The translations under genes and the position numbers were made by a program. A stretch of DNA of 64,000 nt, from positions 1-64,000 of the forward strand of contig OX597827.1 of NCBI GenBank assembly GCA_951406725.2. Reading direction: 5' to 3'. The notes below the pieces were generated by a model. It was not told the DNA's origin. It saw nothing but the letters and a program-made list of their open reading frames with translations, and searched no databases. This document shows positions 11,306-25,151 of this stretch, one piece after another (positions within the stretch are counted from its first letter, which is position 1; each line of letters opens with the position of its first letter). Source of the stretch: Octopus vulgaris. Taxonomy: Eukaryota.

Positions 11306-13525
11306 GTAAGTAAAATTCTCGTTTCTTCTTTTCTTTTATTATTAATACTAAGAAAATCCGGGTTATTCTCTGAAGCTTACAATATCATGTCTTATGAAAG
11401 GGAAACTATAGATAAAGATATGAGGAATAAACGTTTTACCATTCGCACGCTTTACATTCACATCTTCTCTCCAACGAACTTATAGATTCAACTGTATCAC
11501 ACAAACCATCAACAGCACACACACACACACACACACACGGGCGCGCGCGCACACAGACATACACAAACATACATACGCAAACATTCACAACAGCGCACAC
11601 ATGAATGTACGCTCACATGTACACACACATATGTACACAGACATACTCTCTAACCCTCTCTTTCACGTACACTCTCTCTCATAACTACATATGTATAGAA
11701 CAAAAACAAGTCATCGAAGCGGTCACGATTGACAACAAAATGTCGCTAACAACCATAACTGGTTGATAGGTTAACCAAACGGTTAATCAAACATTCATTT
11801 AGTTAATTCGTTAACAAATTGTTAACAAAGTGACGAATATTAAAGTGAAATAGAACCAGTACGTGTGTTTATTATTGGCTAAATGACCCTCCCGAGATAC
11901 CAACAAATGTTCCAGTATTCGATCCCCAGAAGAGGACAACTTGGTAACAAAGCCAAACACACTATCTTCAGTTTGGGTTTCGTGCCCATTCTCATCTGTT
12001 GTCATGAATATTGGCTAACGACTGAAAGAGTCTGATCTCAAACAGAAGCAGCCGAAATGGGATTCCTCCGAAAAAACTGGAGTAGCTTTACTCGACACAG
12101 TGTGTACCTTGGAGATGAGGGAGTCTCTCCAGATCAGGTCGGTACTTTTCCGTATTGTGCCACTACATTTCCGGTAATGCGGACATGCGATTAGGATGTC
12201 ACATGACAAAATCGCAAGATCGATTCTTTAAAATGATGCAAAACAGCAGGGAATGTAGAGGTAGACCAAAAAGAGATGGCTAGAAAATATCCATAGCCTC
12301 ATTTGGTCATGCTTGAGAATTCAGTCAGTATGCGTATTGGCAGTTGCCTCTGATAGTACTCTATGCAGGAGGTACCTGAGGCACCGGATGTCCTCATGAC
12401 CCTCCCAGGAATAATGAGCGTTGAAGATGGTAGATGGATGGGTATACAGAGTGTGGGTATTAAATATAACGATTTTATGTCCCATTATATTAAGGAAAAC
12501 GTAGTGTATTGGTAAGCAAAGGCGTTAGAGAGCATAAAGTTGTAGCTGAGAAAAAAGCTGATATGGCGGACTGGAAGCCATCTAAATATTCTTTGCTACT
12601 CTAGGCACAAGGCATGAAATTTGGTGGGGAGAGGGCCAGTCGATTGGATCGACCCCAGTACGCAACTGCTACCCCGAAAGGATAAAAAGCAAAGTCGACC
12701 TCTGTGGAATTTGAACACAGAACGTGAAAAAACAGACGAAATACTGCTAAGCTTTGCGCCCGGTGTGTTAACGTTTCTGCCAGCTTGCCGCCTTGAAAGC
12801 CATCTAAATATTGGAAGAGAGAAACCTGTATTCATGATAATTCATGACGGTTACCACAATTCAGACACCATCACTGCTGTTCAATGCTCTGGGAACACTG
12901 TAAAGTCAGCAAGACGTGACATGGACAGTTGCAGTAGAATCTATAGGATAAAAATCGAATAAGAGAGAAAAGTTGCTTCAGAAGATCAAATACCAAGACA
13001 AGAAAGGGCTAAATGCAGGCAAAACATTGAGTAATGTAAATTGTCTGAAAAAGATGGCACACTTCATGAAGGTCAAATAATGTAAACGGTACAAGCAAAG
13101 GGTTGGTACACATGGGTTAAGTGAGAGACAGAAAATGGCTGACGAAAGAAGGAGAGAAGAGCAAAAGTGGTTTTATTCGAAGAAGAGTGAACACGAATGG
13201 AAAGGGAGAGAAGAAGGGTGCGGTATGCGTGCGTATAGGGGAGATAAACCGTTGCAGTTAGTAGGAGCCAAGTAGTGGGAGGAAAAGGGAGGAGGAGGAG
13301 GGGGAGAGAGAGAAGTGAGTGGTTTAGAGATACAAAGCAAAACGTTGGGTGCAAAAGTGAATAGGTGAGGGCAGCACTTGTGAGTATGGGTATGTGTGTG
13401 TGAGTGTGTGTATGTGTTTGAAGAGTGAGTGTGCGGGAATATGTATGAGTCTATGTACGAGTGTGTATGCATTTGTATGTGTGTGTCAAATGTAGAATAT
13501 CCAATGGGACAAAGTTGTGTGTATG

Positions 13526-13556
<31 letters not shown>

Positions 13557-14019
13557 TTGTCTTTGTGTGTAATGAAGTGTGCAGAGAGTAACTGTGCTAC
13601 CGAAGTGAGATGTGTAGGTAGAAACTGTGGTCTAGCGTGTGAAGTGTGTATAAAGTGTAAATGTGGGCGGAGGGACAAATAATGTAAGGATGTGGGTTGG
13701 TAAGAGTGATGCTGCGGAGGAGAGAGAGGAAGAAAGCGAAGTAGAGAGGTAAAGTATATTTTTAGCGCTTAGCCAGGAAGACAGTCAATGCTCAGGATCA
13801 TTCAGAAGGCTGCTGTGATTGGTTGGGGCAAAGTAGGAAGATATCCTGAAACCAAAGACCTGCCTTGATTGTTTATAACAGAGAAGAATCCGGCATAAAC
13901 AGCGAAGGTTCCAAATGACAGACTTAAAATGGGGTCCGATGAAGCACATCACTCGAGAAAATATATGAGTCAGTATGTATATGTATGTACATACGCACAT
14001 ACATACATACATACATACA

Positions 14020-14053
<34 letters not shown>

Positions 14054-14147
14054 CATACGTACATACGTACATACATACATACATACATACATACATACAT
14101 AAATACATACATACGTACATACGTACATTCATGCATACATACCTACA

Positions 14148-14181
<34 letters not shown>

Positions 14182-14329
14182 CGTACATACATACATACAT
14201 ACATACATACATACATACATACATACATACATACATACATACATACATACATACATACATACATACATACATACATACATACATACATAAATTCCCATGG
14301 ATGCTAGAAGTCCTTCAGCTTGCTAAATT

Positions 14330-15480
14330 TCCAGTGAGCCATAATCAAAGCCATAGCTGACCTGATTCCATTGTGGGCAACCATCATGAAATTAAACACA
14401 AAGAGTGACTATTATCACTGACAGAATACTATATCGCAAAGGCATATTCCAAGGGGACAACCTCGTTATGATGTTGTTTATACTTTCTGTAAACCTCATG
14501 TCATTCATGTTAAGGATATCTCATTGGTTCAAAAGGAAACAGAAATTACAAAATTGAACACTGTTTCTTTGTGGATGACTTAAAAACTTTATGCAAAGAA
14601 TATGGATGAGATGAAAAAGAGCCTTGACCAAGTTACAACATTCTCAAAAAATGTGGGGTTGGCGTTTGTTCAGGATAAATGTTATATGGTTGTGAAAAGG
14701 GCGAAAAATGTAAACCAGACTAGCAACATCGCCATCAATGACCTGACAGTTTCCCCTATATCTGAAGAGGAATGTTACAGATATCTAGGGGTGGTTGAAA
14801 ATATATCTCATAACAGCACCTGTAACAAAACAAATGCTTTTTTACAGGTACCATTAACTTACAGGTGTCATTAAAGTATAAACAAAGAACATTACAGCTG
14901 AATAAATAAAATTTCGACCTCAGAAATCTATGCATTCAATAAAACATTGGCCCACAACGTGTTTGCTGTGCAAGTACTCATGCTGACATTTGGGCTGCTT
15001 TATTGGACACTTGATGAGATCCGAGCTGTTTATGTGAAAACCCGGAAAATACTGACAAGTACACATAATTTCCACATAAACGGTGAAGTAGACCCCCTCT
15101 CCTTAAAACGAAAACAAGGCGGCAGGGGCTTAACATCGATGCAAAATGTCTTTGAATGTCGTATCATATCCTTTCGGTAACATCTTATAACCACAAATGT
15201 CAAAGTGCATCCCTTGACCAAGTCTGCATAATTCATATGACTTGGAAGGCAGCTCCTTGAGCAACATTCCTTATCTGATAACAGAATACATGCTCAAAGA
15301 TGTCGCACGACTCTACCGCAACGTATCATTAGATGAACGGATGAGGATCTATAAACAGAAGACTATGCATGGATATGTTGGTAGAAAGTTCCGAGATGAT
15401 GGCAATATTGATGTTGTTGAAATTCCAATGAAGGAGCCGTAGGTGTAGGATAGAAACTCTCTCCTCTATTGCCAAGAAAT
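14330..15480 (+). mobile_element. Decayed R4/Dong-like (RLE-clade) non-LTR RT fragment
   Basis: GIFQGD, FFVDDLK, YRYLGV and KTRKILT...FH...RKQGGRGL motifs lie across frameshifts, flanked by (TACA)n tracts. Confidence 0.75.
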
Positions 15481-15667
15481 CTTGAAATAACAGTGAATAA
15501 TGACATACATACATACATAATACATACATGTATTATTATGGCTGCCCCCTTGTTACCGAGTATGGCCATTGGACGAAGCTTAACTGTTACTGGTGCTGTG
15601 ATCGAATGTGACTTTTTAGCCCAGCTAAATATCTACAATGTATTTTACAGGATTGGCAACTAAAACC

Positions 15668-15699
<32 letters not shown>

Positions 15700-16249
15700 C
15701 ATACATACATACATACATACATACATACATACATACATACATACATACATACATAAATGTGTGTATATTGGAAAAAGCACAATATTAGTGATCATAATTT
15801 TTATTGTTTATCCAAATATTGTTTTGCTCACTTCACATATTATGGCCTTCTTCACATACTATATGACATTGCAGCATAACTTAAATGAGATTCTCAGGTT
15901 TCATTAGGGAGTTCCCACTGCAACAATGCTTGCAACTTACAAATTTAATCCCTTTATTTCACTTGTTCAACGATTTTCACGTGTTTGTTACATCAGAATA
16001 CTAAAAGGACAACAAGTGGCTTTCATGCTTCTCTCAGTTGAATTTGTGACATTATTGAATCGTTTCCAAATGAACATGAAAATAGGTTTATAGTCTTTGT
16101 TAATAATTTGCTTTATATGTCTAACAAGTATTGATTTCAATACTAACACGCATACATTTGTTTTTACATCTGAAAGAAAATATTTCTTGTTATTGCTATG
16201 CATTGCATTATTTGGTTCATAAATACAGATATTTACTTGTATTCTGTAG

Positions 16250-16341
16250 ATTACTCGTTATTTCAACGGAATTTACAGTGTCAAACATGTTCAGGAATCA
16301 CATGCAATGATTCAAAAGTGACAAGCTGTCCAGAAGCAGAG
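16250..16341 (+). CDS. Ly6/uPAR (three-finger) domain exon A: NYSLFQRNLQCQTCSGITCNDSKVTSCPEAE
   Basis: TTCTGTAG acceptor, GTAAAC donor, phase 1-0, matching the LRRCT exon. LxCxxC is the start of an LU domain. Confidence 0.88.
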
Positions 16342-18298
16342 GTAAACTGGAATGTTACTTTCTTCCTTTTCGTTAAAATATATCCACAGCCGTCACTCGA
16401 AAGCCATAAAGTCCACATAGATTGTAATATGCTTTCGCTAGTTTTTTTTTATGTGCCTGCGTAGACATACACACACCCTGTCGATCTTCTTATTCATGAC
16501 TCAATGGGAAAACAAGGATGTGACGATAGAAGGGAGAAATAGATGAACATCACTAGGTTGGGACACATTTCACTTGATTAGACTGGGACAAAGTGAAATG
16601 AAGTGCCTTGTTCAAGGACGCAACGTTCTACCGTGTCCAGGAATCCCTATTCAAGAAACGAACACACGAACTTAGAGTGACCTTTCTCCGACAAACATGG
16701 CTGTCCTTAGAGTAGGATGCATGAATGTATGTGGCTATAAGTCAACTTGGAATCAAGGTTCCTTGTCGAATGACCTCGGGTCACTAACCTTAGAGGGGTA
16801 ACTGGAAGTCGAACCTGGCCCTACCAGTTCGCAAACATTACAGGGAGCGGATTGAATAAGTTAAGAAGCAAATGACAGTTTTCCTTCGTCTGCTGGCCAT
16901 AGCAAAAGAGGTTGTTTGATATACGAGGTTATGAAATATTCGAAACAGATTAAATCTTCCCTCACATCAAGTAGTACAATAAGCTCTCCAGAACATAATA
17001 GGTGGGGGTCATATTGTTTCACAGAAAGGTAAAACCTATAACTTTAAAACGCAGCTAAAACACAAATTAAAATTGTCAGGCATATCTCTGAATACACAGT
17101 TGTACATTGGTGAAAGAAACACAAGAGAAACAATAAAAGACACCGGTAATGTCACAGATCAATGCTTCACATTACGAGAATATAGGAGAATAGAGCGTGA
17201 CATAAGAGCATGGCTGCATTCTGTTGCCTGTTTTATTGTCTGTTTTGATCTCAGACCTTTCTGTTTTCTTGAAGCTGAGTTAGCTTATGTAATGATTCAT
17301 GCATTTGCAATCACAGACTCCATTGGCTCTTTTGAATACGCCAGCCTTCGGACACTATCATTGGTTATTTTTTCATGACATCCTCACTCAGTTTGGGAGA
17401 TCCAATTTTCTTTCTAAAACTTTTCCAACATTGGAAGAAACGAGTTTCAATTCCAAACTAAGGCAACGCATATCTTATTTCTAACTTCAGTGTCTACATT
17501 TTCATTGCTTTTATTATTGTTAGGTGTTTGCGATTATTAATTGCGTTTTCGTGATGGATTCTTTTCTTAAATATTCTTCTCCATTTCTGATATTTTTCGC
17601 TTTCAGAATGTCCCTTAAGTTAATAAGACCTTGCTTGTTTTCTTTCCAAATTTTATACTAATATACCGTATTTTCATATAAAATATACTTGCAAAATAAA
17701 ACGAAGTTTCTCTTGTGTTCGTTTTAAGTATTTTCTGTTTTATTTGCTTGGACTGAGGAGTTCAATCTGACAATTATATTTCATTTTCATCTTTGGGTAA
17801 AAGCATATTAGTTTCTCTTGTTGGTGAGTTTTGTACGCATGATTTTCCGTAAATTTTATATGAAAAATTCCTCTTGAGCATTCCTCCAGTAAGAAGAAAT
17901 TTTAGAGAATTGATACATCTTTGTTGGGATAATTTGACCTATTTTAAGTTTGGTGACGGGTGACAGTGCGATGCGGTTTTGCTAAAGACCGTGATCCGAT
18001 GTCCATATCTACATGTGATCCGAGAGGTTTGGACACTGTAAGCATTTAAAACATGATTTTTGAATACTAAATAGCAATAAATTTTACGGAATTTTACTTA
18101 TGCTGTTAACTTTCAACAATTCGGCAACTCTTTTACGGTTTCATTTATGCTTTTGGGTATTTTAAAGCAATGATTAAACTTACTTGCATGGTAAACATCC
18201 CCAGTGGTGTTGTTTCTGTTGTTGCTGCTGTAATTAGCAGTAATCGTACTAATAAATATTGTTGTTGTAGTGTATAATTTTCATATCTATTATTACAG

Positions 18299-18482
18299 CC
18301 TGTATGCCGATTCGCAATATCAATGAACGGTACTAAACTGAAGACTGAAAGGTCCTGCAGCACATACAGAAAATGTGTTGAAGCTATGATAAACAATACC
18401 CTTACATGCAATAAACGGACGAATAGCACGTCTTGTACTGGTTGTTGCGTCGGACACTTATGTAACAAGAATGATTTCATTG
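18299..18482 (+). CDS. Ly6/uPAR domain exon B: PVCRFAISMNGTKLKTERSCSTYRKCVEAMINNTLTCNKRTNSTSCTGCCVGHLCNKNDFI
   Basis: TATTACAG acceptor, GTAAGT donor, phase 0-1. Ends with the diagnostic CCxxxxCN motif. Confidence 0.92.
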
Positions 18483-18725
18483 GTAAGTGTTATTTATTGT
18501 CTAATATAACACTAACAAGTTTATTAGACATTGATAGTTAATAAGAACATTTTATAGTAATTAATATACGGGAAAATATTTTGATGTGTGTATACGTGTG
18601 TATATATATATATATATTATATATATATATATGTGTGTATATATATATATTGTTTGCAATGCTCTCTCTCCCTCTCTCCCTCTTCCTCTCTCTCTCTCTC
18701 TCTCTAAAACACACACACACTCGCA

Positions 18726-19008
18726 GATGGAATCAAACACCACGACATGAAGGAAAAGAGTAAAAGAGAGCACTTTTGGCGAGTGAGCAAAATATTGGTT
18801 AGAAAGCTGAATGCCTGGAACATAATTTCGGCGATAAACTCGTACGCAGTCGCAGTAGTTCGGAATGATGCTGGAAAACTGAAGTGGACAGAGGAGTTGG
18901 ACAGGAAGTCAAGAAAGGTCCTATCGATGTATGGAAGCAATCATCCATGTGCAGGCATTGATAGCTGATACACGAAGAGAGCGACAGGAAGAAAAGGAAT
19001 GATAAATG
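18726..19008 (+). mobile_element. R4/Dong-like LINE fragment (longer paralogous copy at ~45470-46260)
   Basis: LNAWNIISAINSYAVAVV...W...ELDRKSRKVL.MYG..HP is the post-RT region of RLE-clade LINEs. Confidence 0.7.
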
Positions 19009-19308
19009 TGTATATATATATATATATATATATTATAATTATTATTATTTGAGTGAATAAAATCCAAACTTACAAGGGAAAAATTAAATTTAGAAATACT
19101 AAATCAAATTTCACAATATAAGATATATATAAAAAATTAAAATAAAAAAAACAGCTTTTATCAATTCAAAATGAACAATTAAATTACACCATCTAGAAAA
19201 TTACATATAACAGAAATATAAAAAATAAATAACAATTAAATGTCAATGCTTAAGTAAATTGGAAATAATAATAATAATAAAAACGTATATAATAGATAGA
19301 ATAAGAAT

Positions 19309-19379
<71 letters not shown>

Positions 19380-19494
19380 AAGTGTATATGTGATTATGAA
19401 TGTATATTTTTATCTATGTATGTGGGTTTTATGTGCATCTATGAATTGTGTCTCATTTATAAACGCAGCGATTATTTTCTATATCAATCCATAG

Positions 19495-19577
19495 GCTGGA
19501 CCAAATCCCTCGTATTTCGTTTGATTTTTAAAAAGTTCAACGAATATAAAATCCCCGCTGAGAACATATCAAGAGCC
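19495..19577 (+). CDS. SEA-like domain exon 1: GWTKSLVFRLIFKKFNEYKIPAENISRA
   Basis: TCAATCCATAG acceptor, GTGAGT donor, phase 1-0. Same length and frame in the paralog at 50302. Confidence 0.8.
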
Positions 19578-20125
19578 GTGAGTAGATATCTGCCCTCTCT
19601 CTCTCTTTCTCCGTACACAGACGCGCGTGCGCGCACACATATGCACTGAACATGCGCACACATGCATACATATACACACTCTCACGCACACATACACACA
19701 CACATGCATATTTTATAGAAGAAATGTGAAACGTCACATAAATAGTGAGGTTTCATGAAATTCAGACAATCAACTCCATTTACTGATAGTAAACTATTAC
19801 ATAAAACTTTCTTTTTTAACTTACTGAAGTTTTGCTGGTCAATAAAAAGACTGTTCTACCCACTATTTTGTCTTTATATATTCCGTCTTATAATTTCCGA
19901 TTCTGACAGTAAATAAAATCCTACTCAAATATTCACTAATCTTGTGTTTACACACAGACACACACAGACACAGACACACACACATAAGAACATATGTAAT
20001 CACACACTTCCTTTTGGTAATATTTTTCTTCTCAACATTTTCGTTTTCCTTTCTGAAAAAGAGATATGCTCGGAACATTAAAAACCCTCCCATTTCCCCC
20101 ACTTTACCGAGTGTCAAGCTAATAT

Positions 20126-20438
20126 ATAATTATATTCTCAAACGCAGGATAATGTTAATAGTATAGCATGAACAGGATAAAGTATTCACCTGTTGCCGAA
20201 AACTCTGTCGGCGGCCAGATTACGCGTCTTATAAAGCTAGATGTATATAGCCTAAATTTGCGGAAGTATTTGTCGTTCACGCAGTTTAGCTTAATGGTAA
20301 AGCACTTAAAGCGTAATCACAGGGGTGTGAGTTGTAGTCACACAGCTGGCCGCCGACAGATTTTTCTGCAAATTATGGATATTTCATCCGGTTCACGTTA
20401 TATCATTAGCATTATCCTGCGTTTCAGAATAAAATTAT
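20126..20438. repeat. ~93-bp imperfect inverted repeat enclosing a tRNA-like SINE head
   Basis: AAACGCAGGATAATG...TCTGTCGGCGGCCAG pairs with CTGGCCGCCGACAGA...CATTATCCTGCGTTT. The interior has the A-box-like TAGCTTAATGGT. Confidence 0.65.
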
Positions 20439-20499
20439 TTCTTTATTGTTCAATACATCTCAACGCTTTTAAATCGAACTTAATTTCTTGAATTTAATG

Positions 20500-21008
<509 letters not shown>

Positions 21009-21010
<2 letters not shown>

Positions 21011-21509
21011 AAAAGCAATAAAGATTCAAGTTAATTTAAATGAATTTACTTGAATATGGTACCTAACTTAGATGCACCAAAAAAAACTATACTGTTTTAG
21101 CAATACAATAATGTGGGGTGATTATAAGCGAGAAAGAAGCAACAAGAATGGATAGGTTTTTAGTACAATCGTTTCATACAAGGACAGGCTTTATTAAAAG
21201 TTGCAAAAATTACAGCATATAAACGTGTCCTGTACTCATCAGCTAAAATACATGTGAGTTCTCTAGACATCCTATTGGTTGAGGCTATACTCATGACGTA
21301 GATAATTAAGTAACATAAACAGATTTCCAAAGCTCATTAAAGTTCTATAAAGATGATGTACAGTCTTATCACAGAATTTAAAAAAAGTTTTAACAGCATC
21401 ACAGAGAAGGTGTTTATATGCTGTAATTTTTGCAACTTTTAATAAAGCCTGTCCTTGTATGAAACGATTGTACTAAAAACCTATCCATTCTTGTTGCTTC
21501 TTTCTCGCG
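21009..21509 (-). mobile_element. Short 3' remnant of the element-B PLE family with inverted tail and hammerhead (21158-21248)
   Basis: Reverse complement of ~31000-31412. Bases ~21412-21508 invert ~21127-21224. Confidence 0.85.
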
Positions 21510-21527
21510 TATATATATATATATATA

Positions 21528-21840
21528 TTTATTATATAGAAGGAGCTTCTACAGGACTAGAACTGTTTCATTCAAAAGAAATCATCAGGAAGCTAGTTGA
21601 CAAGAGTTGTTTTGGCATTTATACATTTAGGCAGGTTTAAAGGGGTGGTGGTGGGGGACTTTTTGGGGGTAGGCATGGCGCAAGACTATCATTCTTAGGG
21701 GAGTGGTCAAAGGAAACGGTGGTAAAGTAGATAAAAGAATAAATAAAAGAATAAAAGAATAAATAGAAAAATAGAGTTTTAGGTAAATAAGGAGACTCTC
21801 ACTTATACATATACATATATATATACACCCACATATTCAT

Positions 21841-21895
<55 letters not shown>

Positions 21896-23642
21896 TATAT
21901 ATACATATATATATACATATACATGCACACACATGTCCATATACACACACATATACACACATATGTGTACATATACATACACACACATACACACATATAT
22001 GCATACATAGACATATACATATATACACATACACATACTTACACATACACACATACACCCATATACACATGTACATATGTACCCATATACATGTATCTAC
22101 GTACACGCCCATACCCATACTCATACATACACTTATATATGTCTACACACATATATATATATAAATATATAAATATATAAATATATAAATAAGAGGGGAT
22201 ATACACACCCATACACACACGCTCACATATCCATATATATGTATATATATATACATATATATATATATATACATATACATACACATATATATATATATAC
22301 ACACACACCCATATACACATATATATACATACATACATACACATACAAACCCATACATATATATACATATATACATATACATATGTATATACATATATAT
22401 ACATATATACATACATATACATATATATATACACACTGGCACATATATATACATACACACACATACACATGCATATACATGCACACACATACACACACAT
22501 TTTTATTCCCTTATTTTAATTTTATTATTGCCTTTGTTTAAATCTTTATTTTTATCTTGAACTCGGTCAGCCATCCCGGCTGTCGTCCCAAGGGACAGTC
22601 TAAAGAGTCCATTTATCTTTCTACTCACTGATACGAACACAAACACTCACTCACGCACACACACTCACACGTACACTCATACAAATACACACATGCACGT
22701 GTTATATTCATACATACATTCACGTATATACACATACGTACACGTACCTACAGATTCATATCTACACGCATACACACACATACCTCAATACACCCACAGA
22801 AGACTAGTCCATACATATACTCTAATAAATATATATACACATATACATATATACATATACACATACATACACATACATACACATACATACACATACATAT
22901 ATATATATGTATATATATATATGTTGGTCCCGGGTTGATTCGGGGTTAACCACAGTAAATAAGGTACTCAATACATAGCAGAGTAAAATTAATTTATTAT
23001 ATAGAAGGAGCTTCTACAGGACTAGAACTGTTTCATTCAAGAGAAATCTTCAGGAAGCTAGTTAACAAGAATTGTATTGGCATTTATACATTTAGGCAGG
23101 TTTAAAGGGGTGTTGGTGGGGGACTTTTTGGGGGTAGGCATAGCGCAAAATATCATACTTGGGGGAGTGGTCAAGGAGTCAGTGTTAAATTAGATAGAAG
23201 AATAAATAAAAAAATATAAAAATATATATTAAAAAAAGGGAATAGAGTTTTAGGTAAATAAGGAGATTCTCACTTATACCTATGCACATATGTATACATA
23301 TATACACACACATATACAAACATTTATACATATACATACACACATACATACACACACACATATATACATATATATACACTTACACATACATATACATATC
23401 TACACATACACATATATGTATACATACACACACTCACATGCATACACGTATACACACATGTATATATACACACACGACCACACATACATATACACACAGA
23501 AAAATATATATACACATACACACACACAGTCACATACACGCATACACACACATATATCCACACACACACATGCACACACAGCCCACTAGTCCCTATATAC
23601 ACATATATACACATACACACATATATATACACACACATACAT

Positions 23643-23708
<66 letters not shown>

Positions 23709-24111
23709 GTGTACCTATGCATACCTACACATACACACAATATATACACATACAAATACAGACCCATTCCCTAATTTTAATTTTATTATCTTCATTTATT
23801 ACTTTTGTTATCTTTGACCGCTGGTCACAAAAATATTGGCTATGACAGCCAGTCCATTTATCTGTCTACTGGAAAACAAGCACTCATTCACTCACGCACA
23901 CTCTTTAGCACGTACACTCACTCATTCGTACACTCATACACATACACGCTCCCACGCGTTATATTCATACATACATACATCTACATACATTCACGTATAT
24001 ACACATACGTACGCGTACCTACAGATTCATGTCTACACTCTTAGAAGGCTAATCTATACATATACACCAATAAATATAAATACAAACACATACATATACA
24101 CCTACATACAA

Positions 24112-24150
<39 letters not shown>

Positions 24151-24365
24151 CACATATATACACATATATATATACATACATACACATATACATACACATA
24201 TATACACATATACACACATACACATACATACATATACACACATACACATATATACGTATACATACATACATTTATACACATACACACACCCACACGTATA
24301 CATATACATACATATATATACGCGCATGCATACACATACGCATATACATATACATACATACACAT

Positions 24366-24414
<49 letters not shown>

Positions 24415-24604
24415 CACACACATACACATACATACATACATATACAAATATACGCACACACATACATACATACTCATACACACATACACACACACACACA
24501 TGTACATGCGCACCCACACACACACACACACGCGCGCATCCATATATACACATAAGCACACACATGCTATATGTATATATATATATATATACATACATAT
24601 ATAT

Positions 24605-24647
<43 letters not shown>

Positions 24648-25027
24648 CATACACATATACATACATACACACATACACATATACACATATATATGCGTAC
24701 ACATACACACACACGCGCGCGCATCTATATATACACATAAGTACATACATACATAAATGTATACATATGTTTATACATATGCATACATATACACACACAC
24801 ACGCGCCTCCTTATATACATAAATACATACATGCATACAGACATATACATATATACATACATGCATACTCGAATAATAAATAATAAATATATATACGTGC
24901 AGTTACCCATTATACAGACGGATACATACATATAAACATACACATATATACCTATTTACACATATGTATATATACATACATACACACATAACTCTACATA
25001 CCTACATATACATAAACACACAAGCGT

Positions 25028-25074
<47 letters not shown>

Positions 25075-25145
25075 TACACACATATACATATACACATACC
25101 TCTACATATATATATATATATATACACACACATATATATATATAT
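21528..25145 (-). mobile_element. Two tandem copies of a non-coding, microsatellite-rich hammerhead-bearing element (element C)
   Basis: Copies start at 21528 and 22926 and share the HHR plus GGGGGACTTTTTGGGGGTAGG block. They are the reverse complement of ~31770-33981. Confidence 0.8.
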
Positions 25146-25151
25146 ATATTT

